Below, in pieces: positions 10,467 to 19,812 of a stretch of DNA of 64,000 bases (positions are counted from its first letter, which is position 1; each line of letters begins with the position of its first letter). The position numbers and the translations under genes are program-made. Where the stretch lies: contig CALWMO010000001.1 of the NCBI GenBank assembly GCA_944381965.1, positions 5,442-69,441 of the forward strand, read 5' to 3'. Below the pieces are notes generated by a model. The model was not told the DNA's origin. It saw nothing but the letters and a program-made list of their open reading frames with translations, and ran no database searches. Source of the stretch: an uncultured Butyricicoccus sp. (GTDB taxonomy: Bacteria > Bacillota > Clostridia > Oscillospirales > Butyricicoccaceae).

Positions 10467-11486
10467 ATGCGTTTTAAACTAAAAAAGGAACATTTACTCG
10501 CTAATATAGTATTAGATGAGTTTTGTCAAGATGTTGGAAATTATCTAAGGCGTGGACATACATTAAGCGAATGTTTTGCGGCTATGGCAGCACGTTCCAC
10601 AAGTTCAGCCGAAGAACAGCTATATTTATCACTTCGCACAGGAGTTAGAAATGGTCTTTTAAGCGATGCTATGAGAAAAACAACTGTTTTTCCTGAATAT
10701 ATGGTTGAGCTTATTGCAAATGCTGAAAAAACAAATACACTTACTCAAACAGTAGATTACTTATCATGCTATTTTGAGCGTGAACGTGCGGCAAATGAAA
10801 GCTTACATGGTCGAACTGTATATCCTGCTGTAATGGCAGCTCTAACATGTTTTATTTTAATTGTAACCGCAGGTTTTGTGCTTCCAATACTTGCCGACCA
10901 ATTTTCTTCTCTTGGCTTATCATTTTCACCATTTGCAAGATGGGCAATGAATGCAGGCAGATGGTTTGCAGGTCTTGCAGGTATGCTTTTAACAGCTATT
11001 GTATTTGCTGGTGTTTTACTTTGGATTCTTGTTAAAAACAGCGGCTGGAAGCTATTTCAAAATACATTATTTGCTAGAAAACTAGCAGTCGGCAGATTTG
11101 CTGCTGCTCTTGCTCTTTTTTGTCAATGCGGTATATCTGATAAAGATGTTATTCTAAATTCAGCATCTTTAAGTGACCACCCAGACATTGAATGTGCAAA
11201 AAATGCAATGCTTTTAGATATAGACAAGGGTATTTCTCTTACTAAAGCGTTTGCAAACACTGGACTTATTTCAGGCAGTGCTTTAGGCAGATTAAACAGC
11301 AATGGTCAAACAGGTTTTCTTTTAGATGAAGTTGCATCTAAACTTGCTAAAGATTCTGCTGGTAGGATGGACAGACTGCTTGTAATTTTAGAGCCTATAA
11401 TTGTTTTAATTTTAAGTGGTGCCTCTGGTTTACTATTGTTATCTGTTATTCTTCCTCTTCTTGGCGGACTTGCTTCTATGGCATAA
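10467..11486 (+). CDS. PilC/GspF-family inner-membrane platform protein (divergent)
   Basis: Two T2SSF-like repeats (LSDAM..FPEYMV; GISLTKAF), VYPAV...VLP, C-terminal LEPIIV...ILPL. Confidence 0.8.
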   Translation: MRFKLKKEHLLANIVLDEFCQDVGNYLRRGHTLSECFAAMAARSTSSAEEQLYLSLRTGVRNGLLSDAMRKTTVFPEYMVELIANAEKTNTLTQTVDYLSCYFERERAANESLHGRTVYPAVMAALTCFILIVTAGFVLPILADQFSSLGLSFSPFARWAMNAGRWFAGLAGMLLTAIVFAGVLLWILVKNSGWKLFQNTLFARKLAVGRFAAALALFCQCGISDKDVILNSASLSDHPDIECAKNAMLLDIDKGISLTKAFANTGLISGSALGRLNSNGQTGFLLDEVASKLAKDSAGRMDRLLVILEPIIVLILSGASGLLLLSVILPLLGGLASMA

Positions 11487-11502
11487 TATAAGGAGTATAA
11501 TA

Positions 11503-11808
11503 ATGAAAAATATATTAAAAAGTATAGTCACAGCATTTATCATAGGTGGCATACTATCTTTTGGCATTTATTATATAGACGATTTTATGCTTAATAAAAG
11601 TTATTATGCTTTATATGATGAAATTAAACAAGCATCAGACCATTGTTTTGCAGTAGAAGGCAGATATCCACCTGACCTTAGATATATAGAAGACCATTAT
11701 GGTATAAAAATAGATAATAGACGTTTTACAGTTGATTATCGCCGAACTTCACCAGATAATCCACCTGATATAAATATAAGGATAAATAAAGGAGGTGCTT
11801 CTGCTTGA
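11503..11808 (+). CDS. Small pseudopilin-like membrane protein
   Basis: N-terminal TM; EGRYPPDL recalls the GspG GRYP motif; ATG 11503 after AAGGAG. Confidence 0.55.
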   Translation: MKNILKSIVTAFIIGGILSFGIYYIDDFMLNKSYYALYDEIKQASDHCFAVEGRYPPDLRYIEDHYGIKIDNRRFTVDYRRTSPDNPPDINIRINKGGASA

Positions 11809-12281
11809 GAATTTCTTCAATTATTCGTCACCGTGCAGGTACTACTTTTGTTTTTATATTTTTTCTTATATTTTTGCTTTGCAGTCTTTTGCTTATCCCC
11901 CGCATAACAAATGTATATGAAGGTATTATTACTCGTGCTGATAACACACAAAGTGAATCCATTGTGCTTGAACATTTACTCGGTGCTGTAAAACGTGCTG
12001 ATAATCAAAATAGTATATCAGTTACTTCTCTTGCCGATTCTACTCCGGCATTAGCTGTAACCAAAAATAGTATAACTTGGTTATATTACTGTAAAGATGG
12101 TTATTTATATATACAGAACTCTCGTAAGAGTGAATTATATGCCGAAAGATTATGTGAAGCAGGCATTATGTATTTACAACAAAAAAATAATATGATTTGT
12201 GTTGAATATATATCTCAAAATAATAATGTACAAACCCTCATTCTTACTCCTCGAAGTGGTATCGTTGGAGGTGCAAATTGA
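11805..12281 (+). CDS. Pilin-like protein (DUF4860-like)
   Basis: Basic leader RHRAG then hydrophobic helix; YYCKDGYLY; overlaps neighbours by 4 bp. Confidence 0.55.
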   Translation: MRISSIIRHRAGTTFVFIFFLIFLLCSLLLIPRITNVYEGIITRADNTQSESIVLEHLLGAVKRADNQNSISVTSLADSTPALAVTKNSITWLYYCKDGYLYIQNSRKSELYAERLCEAGIMYLQQKNNMICVEYISQNNNVQTLILTPRSGIVGGAN

Positions 12282-12703
12282 AAAGATTAAGCCGAACACG
12301 TTTATTTTTGCTTGAAATGCTTGTAAATCTTTTAATCTTTGTTGTAGGTGCTACTGTTTGTTTTGCAACATTGTCAGAAGCTTATTCCCTTAGTGCTTTT
12401 AGCCGAGTGCTTACCAAAGCTCATATAGCAACTGAAAATGCTACAATGGCATTTAGAGCTACAAATGGAGATATAACAACTATGCCAGATATATTAAACG
12501 GTACTCTTATAAACTCTAACAAAATGCAGGTTTGGTATGATAAAAACTGGAATATTTGCTCAAAAGAAAATGGTATTTATCTTTTAGAAATTACAACCTC
12601 TGAGGATAAGCATAATATAATTAATGGAAACTTTAATGTTTATGAGCCTAATGGTGACAGTATATTAGAGCTTTCAATTTGTCAGTATAAAAATGAGGTG
12701 TAA
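12278..12703 (+). CDS. Pilin-like protein
   Basis: Basic leader then LFLLEMLV (E5-like glutamate); WYDKNWN. Confidence 0.6.
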   Translation: MKRLSRTRLFLLEMLVNLLIFVVGATVCFATLSEAYSLSAFSRVLTKAHIATENATMAFRATNGDITTMPDILNGTLINSNKMQVWYDKNWNICSKENGIYLLEITTSEDKHNIINGNFNVYEPNGDSILELSICQYKNEV

Positions 12704-12705
12704 AG

Positions 12706-13131
12706 ATGAAATATAAAAAAGGTAGCCTTGCGGTCGGTTTTCCAACTGTAATTAATATTTTACTTCTTCTTATATTTTCATGCGTGTCTATGCTATCACT
12801 TAGCCATGCACGTTCTGACCTTATGACCTCTAAACATAGCATAGAAATCTCAAATGCATACTATAAAGCTGATTCAAAGGGTCAACAAATATTAGGCTTA
12901 TTATCTGCTTATTCGGGCTATGCACCAGATTCGGCAGGTCATGAAATGGAAAACTTACTTAATGAACAAGGTATAGCTGCTATATATGAAAAAGAAACTC
13001 AAATTTTAAGTTTTGATTTACCAGCAGATGAAGCTGGTACGTTGCAAATAAATATTCACATTATTACAAATGGTGAATTTGAAGTTTTAAAATGGCAGCT
13101 TTTACCGCCTGAAAATGAACAGAGTTTTTAA
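12706..13131 (+). CDS. Pilin-like protein (minor-pilin/GspK-like N-terminus)
   Basis: MKYKKG then hydrophobic helix, YYKADS, C-terminal KWQ. Confidence 0.55.
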   Translation: MKYKKGSLAVGFPTVINILLLLIFSCVSMLSLSHARSDLMTSKHSIEISNAYYKADSKGQQILGLLSAYSGYAPDSAGHEMENLLNEQGIAAIYEKETQILSFDLPADEAGTLQINIHIITNGEFEVLKWQLLPPENEQSF

Positions 13132-13165
13132 TCCAGATTGGAGTTTTAATCCTTTCTGGATTTTA
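13130..13165 (+). terminator. Terminator of the pilus-like operon
   Basis: AATCCAGA / TCTGGATT stem then T-rich. Confidence 0.55.
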
Positions 13166-13177
13166 TTATATCGTTTT

Positions 13178-13381
13178 TTATCCACATTATTAATCTTATT
13201 ATACACATATTTATCCACATATTTTTATTAATTGTATTATTTTATAATATTATTACTTTTTGTATATTTTATGCAAAATCACAAATGTTTTTTCTATATA
13301 TCCACAAAACAAATACACCTTGTGGATAACTCTGAGGAAAAGAGTATTTTTTTGTTGATAACTCTGTGTAAATGTTGATAA
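13178..13381. promoter_or_regulatory. DnaA-box cluster outside oriC
   Basis: TTATCCACA 13178 and 13211, TTATACACA 13199, ATATCCACA 13298, TGTGGATAA 13321, TGTTGATAA 13353 and 13373. Confidence 0.85.
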
Positions 13382-13548
13382 CTTATAGTTATATAATATT
13401 GTTTTAACCTTACTTAATATATTTTTCATTACATATAGTATTTAATTTTCTTTCATTTTTTTCCATAGTATTTTTATGAATTTTATATCATAAATTGCAT
13501 ATTATACTGTTATTAAGCTATTAAGTGCATAAAAAAAGGAGTAATATT

Positions 13549-14217
13549 ATGTGTGATGTAAATTCAAATGATGAAAAACAACATGATAATAGCATAACCC
13601 AAACAGGCTCTATTACAACCCACTCTGCTTATGGTAATATTCATTGTATAACTATTGTTGGTCAAATTGAAGGACACTTAGAAGCTCCTCAGCAGACTAA
13701 AACAACTAAATACGAGCATATTATTCCTCAAATAACCGCAATAGAAGAAGCTGATGATATAAATGGCTTATTAATACTTTTAAATACTGTTGGTGGCGAT
13801 GTAGAGGCAGGTCTTGCAATAGCTGAACTTATAGCAGGAATGAAAAAACCTACTGTTTCACTTGTTCTCGGTGGAGGTCATTCAATAGGTGTACCGCTTG
13901 CTGTAGCTGCTAAACAATCTTTTATCGCACCTAGTGCTGCTATGACTATTCACCCTGTTAGAATGAGTGGTACTATCATCGCATCGCCTCAAACGTATTC
14001 TTATTTTAAATCAATTCAAGAACGTATAACAACCTTTGTAACGACTCATTCCAATATATCTGCTGATATTTTTGAAAAGCTTATGATGGCAACCGACCAA
14101 ATGTCTGCTGATGTTGGTACTGTTGTCGGCGGAAAACAAGCTGTTTCTTATGGTCTTATTGACCATGTAGGCAGCTTATCTGATGCACTCGACTGCCTTC
14201 ACCAAATGATAAAATAA
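13549..14217 (+). CDS. tepA: ClpP-like protease TepA
   Basis: [37 protein letters not shown]; start at ATG 13549. Confidence 0.88.
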   Translation: MCDVNSNDEKQHDNSITQTGSITTHSAYGNIHCITIVGQIEGHLEAPQQTKTTKYEHIIPQITAIEEADDINGLLILLNTVGGDVEAGLAIAELIAGMKKPTVSLVLGGGHSIGVPLAVAAKQSFIAPSAAMTIHPVRMSGTIIASPQTYSYFKSIQERITTFVTTHSNISADIFEKLMMATDQMSADVGTVVGGKQAVSYGLIDHVGSLSDALDCLHQMIK

Positions 14218-14395
14218 CTTTGTTAAATTTTTATCCTAAAAACATGTTTTTTAATACTATTTTTATTATAAACATGTTTTTTTTATACTTTTTTCACTCT
14301 TTCCTCTATTCGTATTGGTTAATTTTTGATATACTATAATTAGATTTTTTAGTCTAAATTATAAATATAATATATTGAAAGGAAGGTAACCCAAT

Positions 14396-15997
14396 ATGAA
14401 ACTTACATTGGAAAGCCTGAATCATAACCTGTCTTGGAAGGGATATAGACTCCCATCTTATGATATATCTGCTGTTAGACAAGCCACTTATGAAAAACCT
14501 ACTTGGTTGCATTTTGGTGCTGGTAGTTTATTCCGTGCATTCCCTTCTGCTCTTGCTCAACGTCTTTTAACTGCTGGTTTATCAAAAACTGGTATTATTT
14601 GTTGTGAAAGCTATGACGAGGAACTTATAGACCGTGTTTATCGTGCTAACGATAACCTATCTATTATAGCTACTCTTTATGCTGATGGTCATATTCAAAA
14701 GGAAATTATCGCCTCTATAACAGAAAGCCTTAAAATGAGTGAAGATATGCAAAGATTACATCAAATCTTCTGCTCTCCTTCCATGCAAATGGTTTCTATG
14801 ACGATTACCGAAAAAGGTTATGTTATAAGAGATAATGAACGTAATTTAGTACCTGACTTTGCATATGATGCAAAAAATGGTCCAAGTGATAATTCTTTAT
14901 CTTTCTTCGGTAAACTTGCTACGCTTTGTCTTGCTAGAAAACGTGTTGGTGCACCTGCTTTTGCCCTTGTTTCTCTTGATAACTGCGAAAATAATGGTAT
15001 TCGTCTGCATCGTGCAATGACCGATATGGCTGAAGCTTGGCTAGAAAACGGCTTTATTACTGAGGAAGAAGCTAAATATATTACAAGTGAAATTTCTTAT
15101 CCGCTTTCTATGATTGATAAAATCACTCCTCACCCTGATAATCGTGTAACTGAAGCTCTTGAAGCTGATGGTCTTGAAGGTATTCGTCCATTTGTAACCG
15201 AAAAAGGTACTCATGCTGCTGGTTTTGTCAACACTGAACGTCCTCAATATCTGTTAATAGAGGATTCTTTCCCTAATGGTCATCCTCCACTAGAGCAACT
15301 TGGTATTATATTTACTAATCATGATATTGTTGCTCGCTCTGCTCGCATGAAAGCTTGTACTTGTTTAAACCCTATGGATACTGCTCTTGCTGTATATGGC
15401 TGTATGCTTGGTTATAAAACTGTACATGATGAAATGAATGATAAACAACTTGTTAGTCTTATTACTCATATGAGTATGGACGAGGCCATGCCTATGGTAT
15501 CTGACCCAGGTGTTATAAATCCAATTGAGTTTTTACACGAAGTTTTAAGTGAACGTTATCCTAACCCATTTTTACCTGATACCCCTCAGCGTACTGCAAC
15601 AGATATTTCTCAAAAAATATCAACCAGATTCGGTCAAACTCTTTATGCTTACTACAATTCTACCGTTCCTATGCACAGAGTTTCCAATCTCGTTTATATT
15701 CCACTTGTTCTTGCTGGTTGGCTTCGTTATCTACTTGCTGTTGACGATAATGGCAATAAATTTGAACGTAGTCCTGACCCAATGCTACCATATCTAGATA
15801 AAATACTCGATGGTATCACCCTTGGAGGTGAACCTGCAAAAGAAAAACAGCTTTATCCTCTGCTTTCTAATAAAGCTATCTTTGGTACTAACCTTTATGA
15901 AGTTGGTCTTGCTGATAAAGTAACAGAAATGTTTAATGAGCTTATCGCTGGCGAAGGTGCTGTCAGAAAAACCTTAATTAAATATTGTGGTGAATAA
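14396..15997 (+). CDS. Mannitol dehydrogenase/fructuronate reductase (UxuB-like) family protein
   Basis: WLHFGAG, TITEKGY, DNC..NG, IDKITP, DTPQR..TD.SQK. Confidence 0.8.
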   Translation: MKLTLESLNHNLSWKGYRLPSYDISAVRQATYEKPTWLHFGAGSLFRAFPSALAQRLLTAGLSKTGIICCESYDEELIDRVYRANDNLSIIATLYADGHIQKEIIASITESLKMSEDMQRLHQIFCSPSMQMVSMTITEKGYVIRDNERNLVPDFAYDAKNGPSDNSLSFFGKLATLCLARKRVGAPAFALVSLDNCENNGIRLHRAMTDMAEAWLENGFITEEEAKYITSEISYPLSMIDKITPHPDNRVTEALEADGLEGIRPFVTEKGTHAAGFVNTERPQYLLIEDSFPNGHPPLEQLGIIFTNHDIVARSARMKACTCLNPMDTALAVYGCMLGYKTVHDEMNDKQLVSLITHMSMDEAMPMVSDPGVINPIEFLHEVLSERYPNPFLPDTPQRTATDISQKISTRFGQTLYAYYNSTVPMHRVSNLVYIPLVLAGWLRYLLAVDDNGNKFERSPDPMLPYLDKILDGITLGGEPAKEKQLYPLLSNKAIFGTNLYEVGLADKVTEMFNELIAGEGAVRKTLIKYCGE

Positions 15998-16004
15998 AAT
16001 ATTT

Positions 16005-16036
16005 ATCCCTGCTAATTTAGTTAGCAGGGATTTTTT
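16005..16036 (+). terminator. Intrinsic terminator
   Basis: ATCCCTGCTAA / TTAGCAGGGAT plus T-run. Confidence 0.85.
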
Positions 16037-16037
16037 G

Positions 16038-16066
16038 TTCTAAATTTAAAATTTAAGGCATAAAAT
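16038..16066 (+). promoter_or_regulatory. Putative sigma-E promoter of the asnO-sleC-like operon
   Basis: TTCTAAA-N14-CATAAAAT fits the mother-cell sigma-E pattern. Confidence 0.55.
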
Positions 16067-16082
16067 TAAAATAATTAAATTT

Positions 16083-16098
16083 TGTTTCACATGAAACA
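16083..16098. promoter_or_regulatory. parS site 4
   Basis: TGTTTCACATGAAACA just upstream of the asnB RBS. Confidence 0.9.
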
Positions 16099-16120
16099 CT
16101 TATAAAGGAGTTTTGTTTTT

Positions 16121-17947
16121 ATGTGTGGAATAGCTGGTTTTACCGATAATAAAATTAATTGCCGTAATATGCAAAATATATCTAATCATATGGCTCGCAC
16201 ACTTATTCCCAGAGGCCCAGATGATGGCGGTGAATACACAAATGAATATATGAGCCTTATACATCGTAGACTTATTGTAGTTGACCCAGAAAACGGTAAA
16301 CAACCTATGAAATCACCAGATGAGCGATATGTTTTAGTTTATAATGGAGAGCTTTATAACACCGAAGATATTAGAAAAGAGCTTTTATCTAAAGGTCATA
16401 CCTTTTTAGGTCATTCTGATACCGAGGTTTTACTTCATGCCTATATGGAATGGAATACAAACGCTTTTGAAAAACTAAATGGCATATATGCCTTTGCTAT
16501 TTGGGATAACAAAGAGCATACCTTAACTCTTTGTCGTGATAGGTTAGGTGTTAAGCCTCTATTCTTCACCAAAACCAAAAATGGTTTAGTGTTTGGCTCT
16601 GAAATTAAAACATTATTATGTCACCCTGACATTAAACCAGAAATAAATCAAGATGGTCTGCGTTCTATCTTACTTCTTGGCCCTGCCCGACCAGCTGGCT
16701 TTGGTGTATTTAATCAAATTAAAGAACTTCTTCCTGCTCATTTTGCGATTTTTAAAGATAATAAGCTAACCATTACCCCATATTGGTCACTCAAAGCTTG
16801 TGAACATACTGATTCACCTGAACAAACTATTGCAAAGACAAAATATCTGATTGAAGATTCTGCATCTAGACAGCTTGTAAGTGATGTACCACTATGTACC
16901 TTTTTATCTGGTGGACTTGATTCTTCTATTTTATCAATGCTCGCAAGACGTGAGTATAAAAAGCAGAACAAACAACTTCATACTTGGTCGGTTGACTATA
17001 AAGATAATGATAAATATTTTGAGAAAAGTCTATTTCAGCCAAACAGCGATGCAGATTATATAGACTTAATTTCAAATGCAATAGGCTCTAAACATCATAA
17101 AGTTATTTTGGATAATGCTGCTCTTTGTGCCGCACTTCTTCCAGCTGTTGATGCAAGAGATTTAGCTGGTATGGCTGATGTTGATTCTTCTTTACTCCTA
17201 TTCTGCAATGCTGTAAAAAAAGAATTTACTGTATGCCAATCAGGTGAATGTGCTGACGAGTTATTTGGCGGTTATCCTTGGTATCATAGAGAAGAAATAT
17301 TATTTGAGGATACTTTCCCTTGGTCACGCTCAATAGATTTTAGAATGAGCCTTCTAAACGACGGTGTAATATCTAATGGTGAGGAATTTGTAAGACAACA
17401 TTATTTAGATACTTGTAAACTTGCTGATAAACTGCCTACTGACAGCAAAAAAGAAGCTCGTATGCGTGAAATGTTTATGCTCAATCTCAGATGGTTTATG
17501 GCAACTCTGCTTGATAGAAAAGATAGAATGAGTATGTATTCTGGTCTTGAAGTCAGAGTTCCATTTTGTGACCATAGAATTGTTGAATATGCTTATAATA
17601 TGCCTTGGGAATTAAAAGCTTATGAAGGCAGAGAAAAAGGCATTGTAAGAAAAGCTTTTGAAAATGATTTACCAGAAGAAATTGTTTGGCGTAAAAAGTC
17701 ACCTTATCCAAAAACATTTTCTCCTTTATATACAGAGCTTGTAAGCTCATATGTAAGACAGATAATACAAGATGAACATTCATATATTCCTAAAATCTTT
17801 AATATTAAAGCAATAGAGCAACTTTTACTTGACCCTAATAATATGCCTGAACCTTGGTATGGTCAATTAATGCGTGGCCCTCAAGTTTTCGCATATATCA
17901 TTCAGCTTGACAGATGGTTTAAGAAATATCATGTATCTATTATTTAA
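16121..17947 (+). CDS. asnB: Asparagine synthetase, glutamine-hydrolysing (AsnO-like)
   Basis: MCGIAG N-terminal Cys, YNGELYN, LSGGLDSS, SGECADE, RKKSPYP. Confidence 0.93.
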   Translation: MCGIAGFTDNKINCRNMQNISNHMARTLIPRGPDDGGEYTNEYMSLIHRRLIVVDPENGKQPMKSPDERYVLVYNGELYNTEDIRKELLSKGHTFLGHSDTEVLLHAYMEWNTNAFEKLNGIYAFAIWDNKEHTLTLCRDRLGVKPLFFTKTKNGLVFGSEIKTLLCHPDIKPEINQDGLRSILLLGPARPAGFGVFNQIKELLPAHFAIFKDNKLTITPYWSLKACEHTDSPEQTIAKTKYLIEDSASRQLVSDVPLCTFLSGGLDSSILSMLARREYKKQNKQLHTWSVDYKDNDKYFEKSLFQPNSDADYIDLISNAIGSKHHKVILDNAALCAALLPAVDARDLAGMADVDSSLLLFCNAVKKEFTVCQSGECADELFGGYPWYHREEILFEDTFPWSRSIDFRMSLLNDGVISNGEEFVRQHYLDTCKLADKLPTDSKKEARMREMFMLNLRWFMATLLDRKDRMSMYSGLEVRVPFCDHRIVEYAYNMPWELKAYEGREKGIVRKAFENDLPEEIVWRKKSPYPKTFSPLYTELVSSYVRQIIQDEHSYIPKIFNIKAIEQLLLDPNNMPEPWYGQLMRGPQVFAYIIQLDRWFKKYHVSII

Positions 17948-17951
17948 TTAG

Positions 17952-17967
17952 TGTTTCATGTGAAACA
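17952..17967. promoter_or_regulatory. parS site 5
   Basis: TGTTTCATGTGAAACA abutting the AAGGAG RBS. Confidence 0.9.
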
Positions 17968-17979
17968 AAGGAGTTTTCT

Positions 17980-18393
17980 ATGTCAAATCAAAATACTTCT
18001 ACTGGTTATTTAGTTGTTTCTGTATCAACCGCACGAACTGCTATCCCGCTAGAAAATGCACTTGTAACAGTTTATTCTATATCTGACACTGGTTCTTCCG
18101 AACTTATATATAATGTTCGCACTAATCGCTCTGGCCAAACTGCACCTTTACCACTACCTGCACCACCAATTTCAAACTCACTCTCACCTAATCAGCCATT
18201 TCCTTATGCTAGATATTCTGTACGTGTAGATTATGATGGATTTTATCCGGTTACTTCTTCTGATTTAACTATTTTCCCTGATATCGTAGCAACACTACCT
18301 GTATTTCTTGTTCCTTTAGAAGAATTTCAAAATACAGGTGAACCTCAAGTTAGAAATTTCCCTAATCATGGTTTAAACACAGCCAAGGAGTGA
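17980..18393 (+). CDS. Stand-alone SleC-prodomain-like (carboxypeptidase-regulatory-like) protein
   Basis: GYLVVSV..PLENALVTV..TNRSGQT..LPAP..PY..Y resembles the N-terminal region of clostridial SleC. Confidence 0.65.
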   Translation: MSNQNTSTGYLVVSVSTARTAIPLENALVTVYSISDTGSSELIYNVRTNRSGQTAPLPLPAPPISNSLSPNQPFPYARYSVRVDYDGFYPVTSSDLTIFPDIVATLPVFLVPLEEFQNTGEPQVRNFPNHGLNTAKE

Positions 18394-18399
18394 TGAATT

Positions 18400-19809
18400 T
18401 TGCCTTTACCTTTTATACCTGAAACTATAACTGTGCATTTGGGTTCTCCAAAATCAAATGCTAGAAATGTAACTGTCCCTTTCCCTGACTATATCAAAAA
18501 TGTTGCAAGCTCAGAAATATATCCTACTTGGCCTGAAAGTGCTATTCGTGCAAATATGTATGCTCAAATATCTTTTGCACTTAACAGAGTATATACTGAA
18601 TGGTATCCTTCACAAGGATATGATTTTGATATAACTAATGTCACAGCATTTGACCAAGCTTATGTGCATGATAGAGATATATTTGATAATATCTCTCGTA
18701 TAGCTGATGAACTATTTACCGATTATATTGTCCGTTCTGGCTCGGTAGAACCGCTATTTGCTCAATATTGTAATGGAACAACTGTCACCTGTGATGGACT
18801 TAGTCAATGGGGCACAGTCCCACTCGCTGAACAAGGTCTTACACCTTATGAAATTTTAACCCGTTTTTATGGTGATGATATTGAAATCGTAACCGATACC
18901 CCAGTAGTTCCTAATCTAGGCACTTACCCTGGAAAAGCTTTAAGACTTGGTGATGTAAATGAAGATGTAAGAACTATTCAATTAAGATTAAATAGAATTT
19001 CTACCAATTATCCACTTATACCTAAAATTTATCCTGTAAACCGAGCATATGATAAATCCACTGAAAATGCTGTTAAAGTATTTCAGCAAACCTTTGGTTT
19101 AACTCCTGATGGAATAGTTGGTAAAGCCACTTGGTATAGAATTGCATATTTATATACAGCTATTAAACGTCTTGCAGAGCTAAACAGTGAAGGGCTTTCT
19201 TTACAAGATGTAAGCCCACTCTACCCAGGATTATTAAAATTTGGCGATAGTGGCGAAGCTGTTAAGCTTATGCAGTATTACCTTTCGGTTGTTGGTGCTT
19301 ATTATTCTGAAATACCAGTCATAGATGATGATGGATTTTTCGGCACTAAAACCCAAAATGCTGTTATTGCCGCTCAAAAGCTTTTTGGATTAACACCTGA
19401 CGGTATAGTTGGCGAGCAAACATGGAATGCACTTTACTCAGCATACCTATCTATTGTAGACTCTGACCCTAATGCACGAACACCAGAAGGTATACCTGTA
19501 TTCCCTGGTAGAATACTTATTGAAGGTATGTCTGGTGATGATGTTGAGCAAGCTCAAACCTTTTTATCTTTTTTATCATCTGTATACTCCGAAATACCTC
19601 AAATACCTGTTACTGGATATTTCGGAGAGATGACAAAAGATGCTGTTATTGCTGCCCAAAAACTTTTTGGTCTTAATATAACAGGTACTATTGGCCCTGC
19701 AACTTGGGATATACTTGCTAGAGAATATGAAACAGCTGTTATGGGTGCAAAAGTAGCTGAACAACAGTTCCCTGGTTACACATTACAAAACAATCAGGAG
19801 GGAATGTAA
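18400..19809 (+). CDS. SleC-like spore cortex-lytic enzyme with peptidoglycan-binding domains
   Basis: IPETITVHLG, DYIKNVASSEIYPTWP, AQYCNG, LSQWG; three PG_binding_1-like repeats (DGIVG..TW). Confidence 0.85.
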   Translation: MPLPFIPETITVHLGSPKSNARNVTVPFPDYIKNVASSEIYPTWPESAIRANMYAQISFALNRVYTEWYPSQGYDFDITNVTAFDQAYVHDRDIFDNISRIADELFTDYIVRSGSVEPLFAQYCNGTTVTCDGLSQWGTVPLAEQGLTPYEILTRFYGDDIEIVTDTPVVPNLGTYPGKALRLGDVNEDVRTIQLRLNRISTNYPLIPKIYPVNRAYDKSTENAVKVFQQTFGLTPDGIVGKATWYRIAYLYTAIKRLAELNSEGLSLQDVSPLYPGLLKFGDSGEAVKLMQYYLSVVGAYYSEIPVIDDDGFFGTKTQNAVIAAQKLFGLTPDGIVGEQTWNALYSAYLSIVDSDPNARTPEGIPVFPGRILIEGMSGDDVEQAQTFLSFLSSVYSEIPQIPVTGYFGEMTKDAVIAAQKLFGLNITGTIGPATWDILAREYETAVMGAKVAEQQFPGYTLQNNQEGM

Positions 19810-19812
19810 TTT

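Noticed and set aside
13178-13500. Second replication origin
   Set aside because: No DnaA-trios; the complete origin is between dnaA and dnaN
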